Source: a virus. From it: a stretch of 64,000 nt of DNA. Made by a program: the position numbers and the translations under genes. Positions 55,302 to 64,000 of this stretch are shown in pieces. The stretch spans positions 6,376-70,375 of IMG/VR virus record IMGVR_UViG_3300046616_000603; one strand, 5' to 3'. How positions within the stretch are numbered: the stretch's first letter is position 1; each line of letters begins with the position of its first letter. The notes beneath the pieces are model-generated. The model did not search any database. It saw only the letters and a program-made list of their open reading frames with translations, and had not been told where the DNA came from.

Positions 55302-56162
55302 ATGGCTAATTGTATGATCGGGTTCCCCAATCGCGTCGATGCCGGCATTCTCGCCGGAGGCAGTTGGGCGCCGAAGCTGCCGTTGAAGAATTTGCAGACA
55401 CGCCTACTGGGCGAGGTGGCACGGTCTACCGATGTCGCGCTGGCCAGCACTCAATTCAACCTCGACCTGGGCAGAAGCCGAAAGGTCCGCATACTCAGCT
55501 GGCGGTATCACAACTTTTCTATCAACGCGAAGTTCCGCGCTCGAGCGTACAGCGATGCTGCGCATACACTGCTCATCGATGACTCAGGCTGGCTGCCAGT
55601 ATGGAAAGTGATCTTTGGCCTGAACAAGTTGGAATGGAAGCATGAGAGCTGGTGGGGGCGGAAGTACACCAGCGAACAGCGCAAGCTCTACGTGCCTGAG
55701 CTGATTCACATCCTGCCGGTTGGGAAATACGCACGGTACTGGCTCATTGAATTCGATGACGGCGCCAATCCAGCCGGCTTCGTCCAGATCGGTCGCATGT
55801 TTATCGGCGACGCATGGCAGCCCACCATCAACATGAGCTACGATGGTTCTTCGCTTGCATGGGAGTCTACGACCGGAGTGGAGACTGCGATCAGTGGCGC
55901 CGAGTTCTTTGATCGAAAGTTCCCCGCCCGTGTTCAACGGGTTGCACTCAACATGCTCGACGAGGATGAGGTCTTCTCCAGCGCCTTCGAGATCCAAGGG
56001 CAGGGCGGCATTGATCAGGAAATTCTCTGGATTCATGACCCGGATGACACAACGCAGGCGATCAAACGCCAGTTCACAGCGCGCATGCGCACGCTCTCAC
56101 CTGTCGAATACCCCACCTTCTCCCGCAACAACGTCGGCTTCGAGCTGAAGGAACTCCTCTAA
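55302..56162 (+). CDS. Tail tip protein
   Basis: ARYWLIEFDDGANPAGFVQIGRMFIGDAWQP. Confidence 0.75.
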   Translation: MANCMIGFPNRVDAGILAGGSWAPKLPLKNLQTRLLGEVARSTDVALASTQFNLDLGRSRKVRILSWRYHNFSINAKFRARAYSDAAHTLLIDDSGWLPVWKVIFGLNKLEWKHESWWGRKYTSEQRKLYVPELIHILPVGKYARYWLIEFDDGANPAGFVQIGRMFIGDAWQPTINMSYDGSSLAWESTTGVETAISGAEFFDRKFPARVQRVALNMLDEDEVFSSAFEIQGQGGIDQEILWIHDPDDTTQAIKRQFTARMRTLSPVEYPTFSRNNVGFELKELL

Positions 56163-58312
56163 TGACCCAAGTAACCGCAAACGGCAATACCTATTCCGAC
56201 GACGGCTCGACGCCCAAGGATATGAATGATGGGGGCTATGAACAGTGGTTCTTCCCCATGCTGCAGGACTCGCTGACCGAGGTTCTCGCGCGCCTGACTG
56301 CGGCGGCTGGCTCTGAGACTGCGGCGGCGCTCAGCGCGGCAGCGGCTATCGCGGCACCGAACACGAGCGCGACATCTACAAGCTCGGTTATCAATTCCGC
56401 CGGCACCAAGACTTTTATTATTCAAACCGGCAAGTCGATCGTGCCAGGGATGTGGGTGACGATCGCGCGGACGACCACGCCCAGCACCACCTGGATGAAT
56501 GGCGCCGTCACATCCTACAACTCAGCAACTGGTGTCCTGGTCGTTGCTGTAACTCGTGTGGGCGGTAGTGGGACCTACAACAATTGGACCATTACGCTCT
56601 CAGCGCCCGGGACTCGCGATACTGGCAACTCACTACAGTCGACCAGCTCGAATTACATCAACACGCCTGTCGCGCAGCGCTATCAAAGCATGGCAGCAGC
56701 TGGGGCTGGTGCAGTTTATTCTGTAGACGAGAACGTGACGAGCATCCCCGGTCCGGATGCGCTCGTGCTGCACAACGGCACCGGTGGCTACGGGCATGAT
56801 GTGCGAGTTGACAGCGCTGTGAGCGGCGGTTCGTTTGGATACATGGGGCCGCGCAAAGAAATCCGGTTGCATGCTGTTAATGGCATTCTCGAAAGCGCTG
56901 GCGGACGGCCGTACGGTACCGACGTGATGGCGAAGGTTGCATTCAGCTCTGTCGTTGCAGGCACCAGCGGAATCTATATCAAATCGTTCAAGCTCGATAG
57001 CGGCAACACGCTACTGCTTGTGCACGGTGCATCGCTGCATGCAGTGGTGGTCGATTCCAGCGGTAACTTCGGCACGTCTACGCTGATCCGTGCGACGATG
57101 AGTGCCGCCGGTGAGGATGCGACCGTAGCGGTGGCAGCGTTGCACAATGGTGCTGATGACGTGCTAATCGCATCCTGCCCGGCAGGCACTACCGCGCTGC
57201 AGTCGATGGTACTGCAAATTTCCGGGACCGGGCTAACGCCGAATTCGCCGACGCCGACGACACTCGGCTCTGCGGCGGCGCGGATTGTAGACCTGCTCCC
57301 TGTCGGCGTGTTGGGCACTGGCTTCGTGCTCGCCACAATGATTTCGACCACCTCGCTCGCTGTATTTGGCATGCTCATCACGGGTGGCACTTCCGTGTCG
57401 GTCTCGTCGTCGCCGAACACGACAACGACGACGGGATCGTGGGGGGCACTGCTGCCGGTGCCGGGAACCGACAATGTCATCGCGCTGGCTACGACCAGTA
57501 GTACCGTGCTGACGGCCAAGCCGCTGACTCTCACTCCGAGCAACACCACGCTCACACCTGGTACCTCAGCTACGACCGCGATCACCAGCAATGCTGGCCT
57601 CGCAGTGCGATACGACAGCACCAACGCGCTGTGGATGGTGTCACTGACGAATACCAAGGCATCCGTGGTGCGCCTGAGCCTGAGTGGTACTGTGGCCGCC
57701 TTCTCGAGTCAGCTGATCGTGCAAACGCTGATCACCACGATCAATACCTTCGCCGCCGGCAGCACGGCATTCGATCTGGCCGGCGCGAACCTGCAGGTGG
57801 CCGTGTCCGGCACCGACGCCAGCGGCAGGTTCCTCACCGAGATGACGTCTGTCTCGGTCCCGAGCGGCACGCCGACCGTAGCGGCTACCGCCACTGGCTA
57901 CATGGCCGCTGCGCACGTGCCGGTCTACCTGATGGGCCGCCAGTGGCAGCTGGCCAGCGCGACGGACGTGGTCTACCTCAACTCGGACAACGCCATCGAC
58001 GAATGGCGCATGCCTGGTATGGCGACGTTCGGCCAGGCCCTTGCCGCCAATGATCCGCTGTATCCGAAGTCGACCAAAGCGCGCTCGAGCATGCGCAGTT
58101 CCAGCCGCGCGATGGCGGTGCTGGACGGCACCAAGGCCAGCTTGCAGTACGACTGCGTCGGCGGATTCGCTGAGGCGACCGCCGGGCCAGTGCGATTCAT
58201 CAACACGCCGCTCAACTACACAAGCCTCTCGGAGGAAAACGATGTTCTCTGGGCGGCCAGCGGTTCGGCACCATCCCTCAACCTCCACATTCAGAAACTG
58301 AGGCTCGCATGA
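56162..58312 (+). CDS. Tail fibre/receptor-binding protein
   Basis: 716 aa, Thr/Ser-rich, last large tail gene. Confidence 0.75.
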   Translation: MTQVTANGNTYSDDGSTPKDMNDGGYEQWFFPMLQDSLTEVLARLTAAAGSETAAALSAAAAIAAPNTSATSTSSVINSAGTKTFIIQTGKSIVPGMWVTIARTTTPSTTWMNGAVTSYNSATGVLVVAVTRVGGSGTYNNWTITLSAPGTRDTGNSLQSTSSNYINTPVAQRYQSMAAAGAGAVYSVDENVTSIPGPDALVLHNGTGGYGHDVRVDSAVSGGSFGYMGPRKEIRLHAVNGILESAGGRPYGTDVMAKVAFSSVVAGTSGIYIKSFKLDSGNTLLLVHGASLHAVVVDSSGNFGTSTLIRATMSAAGEDATVAVAALHNGADDVLIASCPAGTTALQSMVLQISGTGLTPNSPTPTTLGSAAARIVDLLPVGVLGTGFVLATMISTTSLAVFGMLITGGTSVSVSSSPNTTTTTGSWGALLPVPGTDNVIALATTSSTVLTAKPLTLTPSNTTLTPGTSATTAITSNAGLAVRYDSTNALWMVSLTNTKASVVRLSLSGTVAAFSSQLIVQTLITTINTFAAGSTAFDLAGANLQVAVSGTDASGRFLTEMTSVSVPSGTPTVAATATGYMAAAHVPVYLMGRQWQLASATDVVYLNSDNAIDEWRMPGMATFGQALAANDPLYPKSTKARSSMRSSSRAMAVLDGTKASLQYDCVGGFAEATAGPVRFINTPLNYTSLSEENDVLWAASGSAPSLNLHIQKLRLA

Positions 58313-58566
58313 CGATTATCTCCTCCGATGCAGGATTGTTCGGCCCGTTCGGCCGCGTAGAAGAGCTGGGCGACCGGCTTCGAGCCTGGGTGACAAGCAC
58401 ACCCGAAGACGCGCCCGGTGCCGACCTGCCTGTTTGTGTCATAGGGCCCTATGAGCTGCTCAACATCGACGTGCCGCCTGGTTTCATCGCGTCGGATTAC
58501 ACCTGGAATGGCGCCAGCCTGCTGCCGAAGGCGCCGCCGGCAATCGAAGCGGAGGCTAATCCATGA
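58309..58566 (+). CDS. Small tail-associated protein
   Basis: 85 aa, coupled to the fibre gene. Confidence 0.6.
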   Translation: MTIISSDAGLFGPFGRVEELGDRLRAWVTSTPEDAPGADLPVCVIGPYELLNIDVPPGFIASDYTWNGASLLPKAPPAIEAEANP

Positions 58567-58865
58567 GCCCACGCGCAACCGCAACTGAAGAAAAGGAACG
58601 CCAATTTGTGGATATGAGAGTCCCGCTTTCGTGGCTGCTGAGCTCGGCCGCCACCATCATCTTCACGCTGGGGGCGACGCTCTGGAACATCGCCGGCCAG
58701 TCGAACAAGCTGGACCAGTTGATCATCACCAACCAGAAGCTGGAGAAGCGGCTGGATGACCGCGACACGCGCATCGATAGCCTGCGCGACAAAATCTTTG
58801 CGCTGGAGCGCGCCAGCGACAATCTCACCCTGCGCATCGATACCCTCGAACGCGCAAAGAAATGA
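58563..58865 (+). CDS. Single-TM coiled-coil lysis-region protein (holin/antiholin-like)
   Basis: TM VPLSWLLSSAATIIFTLGATLW plus coiled coil. Confidence 0.6.
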   Translation: MSPRATATEEKERQFVDMRVPLSWLLSSAATIIFTLGATLWNIAGQSNKLDQLIITNQKLEKRLDDRDTRIDSLRDKIFALERASDNLTLRIDTLERAKK

Positions 58866-58878
58866 AAGGAGCCACCTG

Positions 58879-59343
58879 ATGCTTTCCGCACTTATTTCCT
58901 TCCTCGGCGGCTCGGTCTTTCGCATGATCTGGGGCGAGCTGTCGTCCTGGCTGACGGCCGGGCAAAACCACAAGCAAGAGATTGAGCGCATGCGGCTACA
59001 AGGCGAGCTGGACGCAGCCGCGCACGCGCGCAACCAGGACGCCATCCGCTTGCAGGCAGAGCTGGGCGTCCAGACGATTCGCGTGCAGGGCGAGGCCGAT
59101 ATCGGGCGGGTTGAGGCCGACGGTTGGCTGGCCGCCGTGCGCGGCACCACCACGGCCACCGGTGTATGGTTTGTCGACCTGTGGAATGGAATTATCCGGC
59201 CGGCCGTGGCTACCTGGTCCGTCGGAATGATTAGCGGCCACTACCTGAAATGGTGGGTGCTGGACGAGAATGGCTGGTCGGTATGCGGCGCCGCGCTGGG
59301 TATCTATCTGGCCGACCGCGCGCTGTTCAAACGGGGCAAGTAA
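58879..59343 (+). CDS. Holin-like membrane protein
   Basis: MLSALISFLGGSVFR...WNGIIRPAVA...; directly upstream of endolysin. Confidence 0.6.
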   Translation: MLSALISFLGGSVFRMIWGELSSWLTAGQNHKQEIERMRLQGELDAAAHARNQDAIRLQAELGVQTIRVQGEADIGRVEADGWLAAVRGTTTATGVWFVDLWNGIIRPAVATWSVGMISGHYLKWWVLDENGWSVCGAALGIYLADRALFKRGK

Positions 59344-59897
59344 TGGCTTCCGCCGACTTACTTGCACGGGCGAGGGCATGGATGCAGGGAGGCGCGGCCA
59401 CGCCGGTACCGGCCAGCGTGCCGGTGGCGCCGGCTGAGCAGCTGAAGGACAACGAGCAGCTCGCGATCGAGATCGCTGCGGCGCTCTGTCGGCGCTTCGA
59501 GGGTTTGTTTATGCACCCGTACCTGTGCCCGGCCGGCGTGCCGTCGATTGGTTATGGCACCACGTACTACGCTGACGGCCGCGCCGTCACGCTGAACGAT
59601 GCGCCGATCACGAAGGTGCAGGCTGAGCGCCTGCTGGTGCTCCAGATCCGCGACGTCTACCTTCCGGCCGTCCGCCGACTTTGCCCGGGGATCAACACGC
59701 CTGAGCGATTGGCCGCTCTGGTCGACTGGTGCTACAACCTCGGCGCCGGCAATCTGAAGACGTCGACACTGCGCCGCCGGATCAACGCTGGGCGATGGCT
59801 GGAGGTGCCGGGCGAAATCCGGAAATGGAAGTTCGCCGCCGGGAGGGTACTGCGCGGTTTGGTTCTGCGCCGTGATGCTGAGGCGGGCCTTATCTAA
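59343..59897 (+). CDS. Endolysin, GH24 lysozyme
   Basis: FEGLFMHPYLCPAGVPSIGYG, ALVDWCYNLG, STLRRRIN, GLVLRRDAE. Confidence 0.9.
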   Translation: MASADLLARARAWMQGGAATPVPASVPVAPAEQLKDNEQLAIEIAAALCRRFEGLFMHPYLCPAGVPSIGYGTTYYADGRAVTLNDAPITKVQAERLLVLQIRDVYLPAVRRLCPGINTPERLAALVDWCYNLGAGNLKTSTLRRRINAGRWLEVPGEIRKWKFAAGRVLRGLVLRRDAEAGLI

Positions 59898-60183
59898 TAC
59901 GGCCTGAGCTCGCAACTCTGGTCTTCAACTTTCCGTCGGCATCAGAGATTCGATATTTTCGGCGCCTGTCTCCGAGCAGATACTGTAGTTCGCGAATGCT
60001 GAGACCAGTCTCCTCGTGAATTCTTAGGAGTAATGCTGCTCCGACGGGCATGCGGCGGTGTCGCATTTTGCTGATAAGTGGCGGCTGCACCGAAAGCGTG
60101 CGGGCGAGAGCGGCATCATTCTTTGCTTTCAAACGGCTTTGAATCTCGTCAAGAAGGCGATTCGGGTCGTATGGGAGCGTCAT
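59890..60183 (-). CDS. Small HTH protein
   Basis: YDPNRLLD...KNDAALARTLSVQPPLISKMRHRRMPVGAALLLRIHE. Confidence 0.78.
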   Translation of the reverse strand: MTLPYDPNRLLDEIQSRLKAKNDAALARTLSVQPPLISKMRHRRMPVGAALLLRIHEETGLSIRELQYLLGDRRRKYRISDADGKLKTRVASSGRIR

Positions 60184-60301
60184 TTGGTTCGCGGGAATAA
60201 TAGTTGGTAAAAAATAATAATACAATAGTTATTTGTCATTTTTCAATCGTGCGGGGATGCTCTATCCTATTGAAATCACGAGCCACCTTATGGAGGGGGT
60301 T

Positions 60302-60565
60302 ATGATTTCCTTTGAGCCGGGCGACTTAGTTTGTAGGGCAGGATCGAACTTTCAGATGCTAGTGATTTCCGAGGTGAGCGGGGATTCAGGCGCAGAGAAA
60401 GCGACCTACTTTGATTGTGTTTGGGAATTCGATGGAGAGCTCCACTGCGAGACGTTTGAGTCGAAAGATTTGCGTTTATTGCGGAGAGAACGTCGGAAGT
60501 TGCCTCGACGGGGGATGTTGCAGTTTCCCCGCAACGATCGGCTACAACTGTCAACACGTGCGTAA
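60302..60565 (+). CDS. YodC/DUF2158-like small protein
   Basis: FEPGDLV...MLV...CVWEFDGELHCETFESKDL; GGAGG RBS. Confidence 0.55.
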   Translation: MISFEPGDLVCRAGSNFQMLVISEVSGDSGAEKATYFDCVWEFDGELHCETFESKDLRLLRRERRKLPRRGMLQFPRNDRLQLSTRA

Positions 60566-60685
60566 AAAGTTGGCTCTAGGACGTCGGAAAATGTTGGAGT
60601 TGATATGGCAATGGTGTGCGATAGATAACGAATACCGCGCAAGAGGTATGGCATCTTATAGGCACGATTAATGAAGGAGAGTTAG

Positions 60686-60865
60686 ATGAGCGACGACTTG
60701 AAAAACCGTGGTGCGCAGGACCGCGCCCGCATCAACGTGAACGAACCTCACGAGGTTGCCTATTGGACCAAGGAGTTGGGCGTCACGCGTGAGCGCTTGC
60801 AGCAACTGGTGAAAGAGGCTGGCACCAGCGCGCAAGCGGTTCGAGAAAAGCTGGCCAGCGACTAA
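60686..60865 (+). CDS. DUF3606-family small protein
   Basis: MSDDLKNRGAQDRARINVNEPHEVAYWTKELGVTRERLQQLV. Confidence 0.8.
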   Translation: MSDDLKNRGAQDRARINVNEPHEVAYWTKELGVTRERLQQLVKEAGTSAQAVREKLASD

Positions 60866-61107
60866 CCGGCAGGATCTGACGTGTCGCCGGCGGCTTCAAC
60901 TATGACGAGGTCGCCAGGGCGAAACACTTCAAAGCGCGGCTCGCCGTCGACCGTCCATTCGCAGTAGATTCCGTTCCGCACGCCTTCCCAGTCGTGCTCT
61001 TCACCGAGCGCGGAGGACTTCACCCACATCACCTGGCCATCCGGATCGCCGCGCTGGCGGACGAGACTACCCTCTGGCGGGCGTTCATGTTTTGCTTCGC
61101 TGGTCAT
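60862..61107 (-). CDS. Small hypothetical protein
   Basis: 81 aa coupled to SRAP; GSLVRQR...IYCEW...EVFRPGDL. Confidence 0.6.
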   Translation of the reverse strand: MTSEAKHERPPEGSLVRQRGDPDGQVMWVKSSALGEEHDWEGVRNGIYCEWTVDGEPRFEVFRPGDLVIVEAAGDTSDPAG

Positions 61108-61805
61108 AATAATCCCATCTGCGTATTTGGCGCTGAGGTGCCCGGCTCGGACTTCTTCGCGCGCGGCGGCACCGGGAATTCCCACGCCCGCATCATCTCG
61201 GCTGGGTAGTGGCGTAGGAAGCTGCGTGCGTACTCGGGGTCGGTGCAACTGAGCCAGTCATCCCATTCCGACTGCGGCACGATCACCAGCGCACGCTTTT
61301 CATCGTCCGGTTTGTGGAAGCGGCGCATCAGCGGGTGCTCGTCGGCGTTGATCGTCAGCTGCGTGAAGCTATGCTCGGGGCCGGCTTCGCCATCCCACTC
61401 GCGCCACAGGCCGGCCACGGCGAACATCGACTGGTCGGACATGCCGATGCCCCAACGCACCGGCTTGCCGCTCTCGTAGTTCGGTTCATAGAATGCAGTC
61501 ATCGGTACCAGGCACAGCTGTGACTTCTTCCACTGGCCGGAGAACGAGCGCAGCTGTCCGACCGTCTCGGCCCGGGCGTTCATCGTGTCAAACGGGCGCG
61601 CGCCGGGCGGGATGCGCTTGCGCGGCACCAGCCCATAGCTCGCCATCAGGCCCTCGCGATTGCCGCCGGCGCCGCGCCGCACGATCGGCGCGCCGTAATC
61701 CTTCCACGTCTCAGTTTTCCAGAAACCCGTATCGTGCAGGTCGAGGATCACGCCCATGACGGCGTCCAGCATTTCGGGATCGGGCGGGCGAAAATTCACG
61801 CACAT
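61104..61805 (-). CDS. SOS response-associated peptidase (SRAP/HMCES family)
   Basis: N-terminal MC, NARAET, CLVP..FYEP, FTQLTINADEHPLMRRFHKPDDEKR. Confidence 0.9.
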   Translation of the reverse strand: MCVNFRPPDPEMLDAVMGVILDLHDTGFWKTETWKDYGAPIVRRGAGGNREGLMASYGLVPRKRIPPGARPFDTMNARAETVGQLRSFSGQWKKSQLCLVPMTAFYEPNYESGKPVRWGIGMSDQSMFAVAGLWREWDGEAGPEHSFTQLTINADEHPLMRRFHKPDDEKRALVIVPQSEWDDWLSCTDPEYARSFLRHYPAEMMRAWEFPVPPRAKKSEPGTSAPNTQMGLL

Positions 61806-61858
61806 GGCGCCTCCTGCGTTGAAACTTAAATAATAGCGCTAATTTCTTTTGGTGATTA

Positions 61859-61878
61859 TACTGTATGTGCGTACAGTA
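61859..61878. promoter_or_regulatory. LexA SOS box between divergent genes
   Basis: TACTGTATGTGCGTACAGTA = CTGT-N8-ACAG. Confidence 0.85.
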
Positions 61879-61894
61879 TTTATTCGAGGAAATA

Positions 61895-62569
61895 ATGAAG
61901 GTGTGGGCATCAAGACGACGAGATGATGGTGTGGCGCTGACCAGCGCGCTGCCAGTGGTAGATGGCGCATCGCTTCTTGAGCTGGTGGTGGTAGAGGTGA
62001 CGCTCGACGGCAACCGGCGGCCATCGAAAGTAGCGCGCCTGAAACCGATAGGCGAGCCGCGCATCTTGGCGCAGCTGCTACTGCCCAAGTTGGTGAAGCT
62101 GCAGGGCTGGAATCTGGTGCTGAGCGGTATCGAGGAATTGAGGGAAGGGCCGGGCCGAGCGCGCGGCATGGCCCAGACATGGGTTTGTACGCTTCGAGTT
62201 CCCGGAAATGCCGTTGGATTTAGGGTCAAGGATACCTGCCAAAACGGCGCGCCCCTCCCAAAAAGTGGCATCCGCGATGCAAGCGGTACGCGCGGCAATC
62301 TGGTGGTGAGCACCGATTTCGTCACGCCGCTCCATCGGCACACGCTCTGCGCCGAGGTTCACCACCACCAGATATCCACGTTCCCAGCCGGCCGCCTCGT
62401 GGACTGCCATATCGAGTGGATGTCGGACGAGACCTTCGAACTGGGCGGCCTGCGTATCTGGGAAGCGCATGGTGATCGCCCACAGCGCCTGGAGCGTGCC
62501 GGCTGGCTATGCGAGGTCGACGTCAAGGAGCGAGAGCTGACGAAACGCGGGGCGCGGACGCTGCGGTAG
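61895..62569 (+). CDS. Hypothetical protein, apparently two tandem similar domains
   Basis: GAGG RBS; 224 aa; halves end in LSGIE..QTWVC and LGGLR..AGWLC. Confidence 0.7.
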   Translation: MKVWASRRRDDGVALTSALPVVDGASLLELVVVEVTLDGNRRPSKVARLKPIGEPRILAQLLLPKLVKLQGWNLVLSGIEELREGPGRARGMAQTWVCTLRVPGNAVGFRVKDTCQNGAPLPKSGIRDASGTRGNLVVSTDFVTPLHRHTLCAEVHHHQISTFPAGRLVDCHIEWMSDETFELGGLRIWEAHGDRPQRLERAGWLCEVDVKERELTKRGARTLR

Positions 62570-62711
62570 GTCAGACAGGTCGCCGCAATTAGTTGCTGCG
62601 TGATATCATCTTGCTTTCTTGGTGTTGATCGCCTCTCGGTTCCGTTAGCGCTTAAAATTTATTGGCACGAATTTGCCAATTGCGATTTCAAGTCGTTGAA
62701 TTTAAACGATT

Positions 62712-62734
62712 TTCGTTTCCGGCTCGAGGCACCA
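62712..62734 (+). other. Probable attR: 3' fragment of a tRNA (Leu-like)
   Basis: TTCGTTTCCGGCTCGAGGCACCA resembles a T-loop to CCA segment; AT-rich flank; terminator downstream. Confidence 0.6.
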
Positions 62735-62758
62735 AACCCACTTTTCAGATTTGCAGGT

Positions 62759-62803
62759 AAAAGCCGCTTTCCCAGTGTTTTACGGGGCTAAAGCGGCTTT
62801 TTT
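62759..62803 (+). terminator. Terminator-like inverted repeat after the att fragment
   Basis: AAAAGCCGCTTT ... AAAGCGGCTTTTTT. Confidence 0.6.
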
Positions 62804-63048
62804 GCCTCTGGAACCTTCGATACGAAAGCGGCGGCTTTAGCTTGGGAGGCGGAGCAGCGTACGGCCGCAACTCGGTGATGATTCGAGAGAATGGCCAAAT
62901 GAGTTCGACCGCTTCAAGAGGGCTTCTGTCGAAGAACTTTTTTGCATGGCGCCGCCTTGTGTCAACGATGACAGGACATTCGATTAAATGTCTGTCGATC
63001 TCTATGACGGTTCCCGCAGAATTGGACGCCGCTCGTTGCATTGATCTG

Positions 63049-63129
63049 GAGAAGGTCGAGGACATGGTTAGTGAGCTCGAAGGTGCGCTCCAGTCGCATA
63101 ATGCGCGCGCCGTTGGCATACTGCGATGA
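63049..63129 (+). repeat. Q 3'-end repeat, copy 3 (orphan, outside probable attR)
   Basis: EKVEDMVSELEGALQSHNARAVGILR*; 19/26 aa identical to copy 1. Confidence 0.8.
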
Positions 63130-63259
63130 CATCAAAAGGTCTGCCAGCGCAAGACGTTTCTTAATCCGACTGCTATTGTGGTCGCGCCGGAGAGGGGCGG
63201 ACCAGACCGCTAGCGGGCGCGTAACGACCGCGCGCGCAGACTACAGATCGAATACATGC

Positions 63260-64000
63260 CTAGTCGCTTGGATTCGACGGAACCGGCTCCCAGTATCCCC
63301 CTGGAATTTTGGTTGTGCCCGCGCCGCCGCCACCACCGCCCCCACCCCCACTACTACCCGGTGGGGGAGGTGGAGGGTAATATGCAGGGGGAAGACCGCC
63401 ACCTGCGGCCCAAGCTTCGCAATATGCCCGATATCTCGCCGAGCCTTTAAACTTCGCTTTGGCAGCGGCAATTACTGCATTTTCATACGCTAATGAACCT
63501 GGTGTTTTACCTGTGACTGACGACAGCAATAGACCGTATAGATCAGCCGGCGCACCAGGGCCTGGTACCACTATAGTTCCCTCGCCTCCGAGCCCCATTT
63601 CGTTAATATAGTTGAATACGAAAAGTGAGGCGAGTGCTTCACGTTCATAGCACCATTCTACTCGTTTTGCGGGATCGCCCGAATAAGCAGTATTGGAGCG
63701 TGTGGCGTAAAATGCGTGCCCGAGCTCGTGCAAAATAATCGACTGGTATGCGCTCATCCAAGGATTGGCGTTGGGTAGAGCGTTTGATAGGTCGGTAGCA
63801 TCTCGCGGGTTTATTGACATCGTTCCTGGCCCGGCGATATTGTTATTAAGAGGACCGGGTTCATAAGTGCTATGGTTCGATGTGAATACTATAGTTGAGG
63901 TCGCGAGAAAATTATTTATAAACGAGGCTGTGTTAGGAGATTTTAAGTTATTAATTACTTGCTTTGGATCTGGGGGATTGGTTGGCGTAGTGACTGGCAT
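63260..64000 (-). CDS. HExxH zinc-metallopeptidase-like protein with Pro/Gly tail (may extend beyond the window)
   Basis: IILHELGHAF plus downstream YEREALA; PPPPPPGSSGGGGGGGGG; low GC. Confidence 0.7.
   Translation of the reverse strand: MPVTTPTNPPDPKQVINNLKSPNTASFINNFLATSTIVFTSNHSTYEPGPLNNNIAGPGTMSINPRDATDLSNALPNANPWMSAYQSIILHELGHAFYATRSNTAYSGDPAKRVEWCYEREALASLFVFNYINEMGLGGEGTIVVPGPGAPADLYGLLLSSVTGKTPGSLAYENAVIAAAKAKFKGSARYRAYCEAWAAGGGLPPAYYPPPPPPGSSGGGGGGGGGAGTTKIPGGYWEPVPSNPSD

Larger units (their letters stand above)
1..62734. mobile_element. Lambdoid siphovirus-type prophage (left end and integrase outside the window)
   Basis: Canonical module order: recombination, immunity, replication, Q, terminase, portal, capsid, tail, lysis, SRAP; ends at a tRNA 3'-end fragment. 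Confidence 0.95.

Noticed and set aside
56162-58566. DGR or invertible tail-fibre switching
   Set aside because: No reverse transcriptase, no TR/VR pair, no inverted fibre copy and no adjacent invertase; the serine recombinase is about 26 kb away.
63310-63376. G/C-rich low-complexity tract as a regulatory repeat
   Set aside because: It encodes the poly-Pro/poly-Gly linker of the 63260-64000 protein.

Overview
Nearly the whole window (about 1-62734) is one apparently near-complete lambdoid siphovirus-type prophage in a GC-rich betaproteobacterium (Oxalobacteraceae is an inference from one small HTH family). The integrase and attL are not in the window. Modules from left to right: leftward early/recombination operon (rdgC fusion, ninB-like, YqaJ, RecT); OL operator triplet; cargo island; cI/cro switch with OR triplet; rightward early operon (Rha/antirepressor, multi-repeat C5 methyltransferase, DndC-like PAPS reductase, helicase-methyltransferase fusion, replication initiator and DnaC-like loader, Q-like antiterminator); a serine-recombinase plus secreted-protein insert; late promoter and terminator; a structured-RNA cluster around a tRNA-Thr(UGU); head, tail and lysis genes; a LexA-box SRAP locus; and a tRNA-Leu-like 3' fragment as probable attR. 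Most notable observations: (1) three diverged copies of the Q gene 3' end, two of them bracketing a serine recombinase; (2) antisense cargo genes spanned by sense ORFs coupled to both neighbours; (3) a major capsid protein with a signal-peptide-like N-terminal extension; (4) GGA-tetraloop hairpin arrays before the scaffold and capsid genes; (5) multibranch RNA-like elements flanking the tRNA; (6) a beta-helix depolymerase-like gene inside the head module. All assignments come from motif recognition by eye; no searches or folding programs were run.
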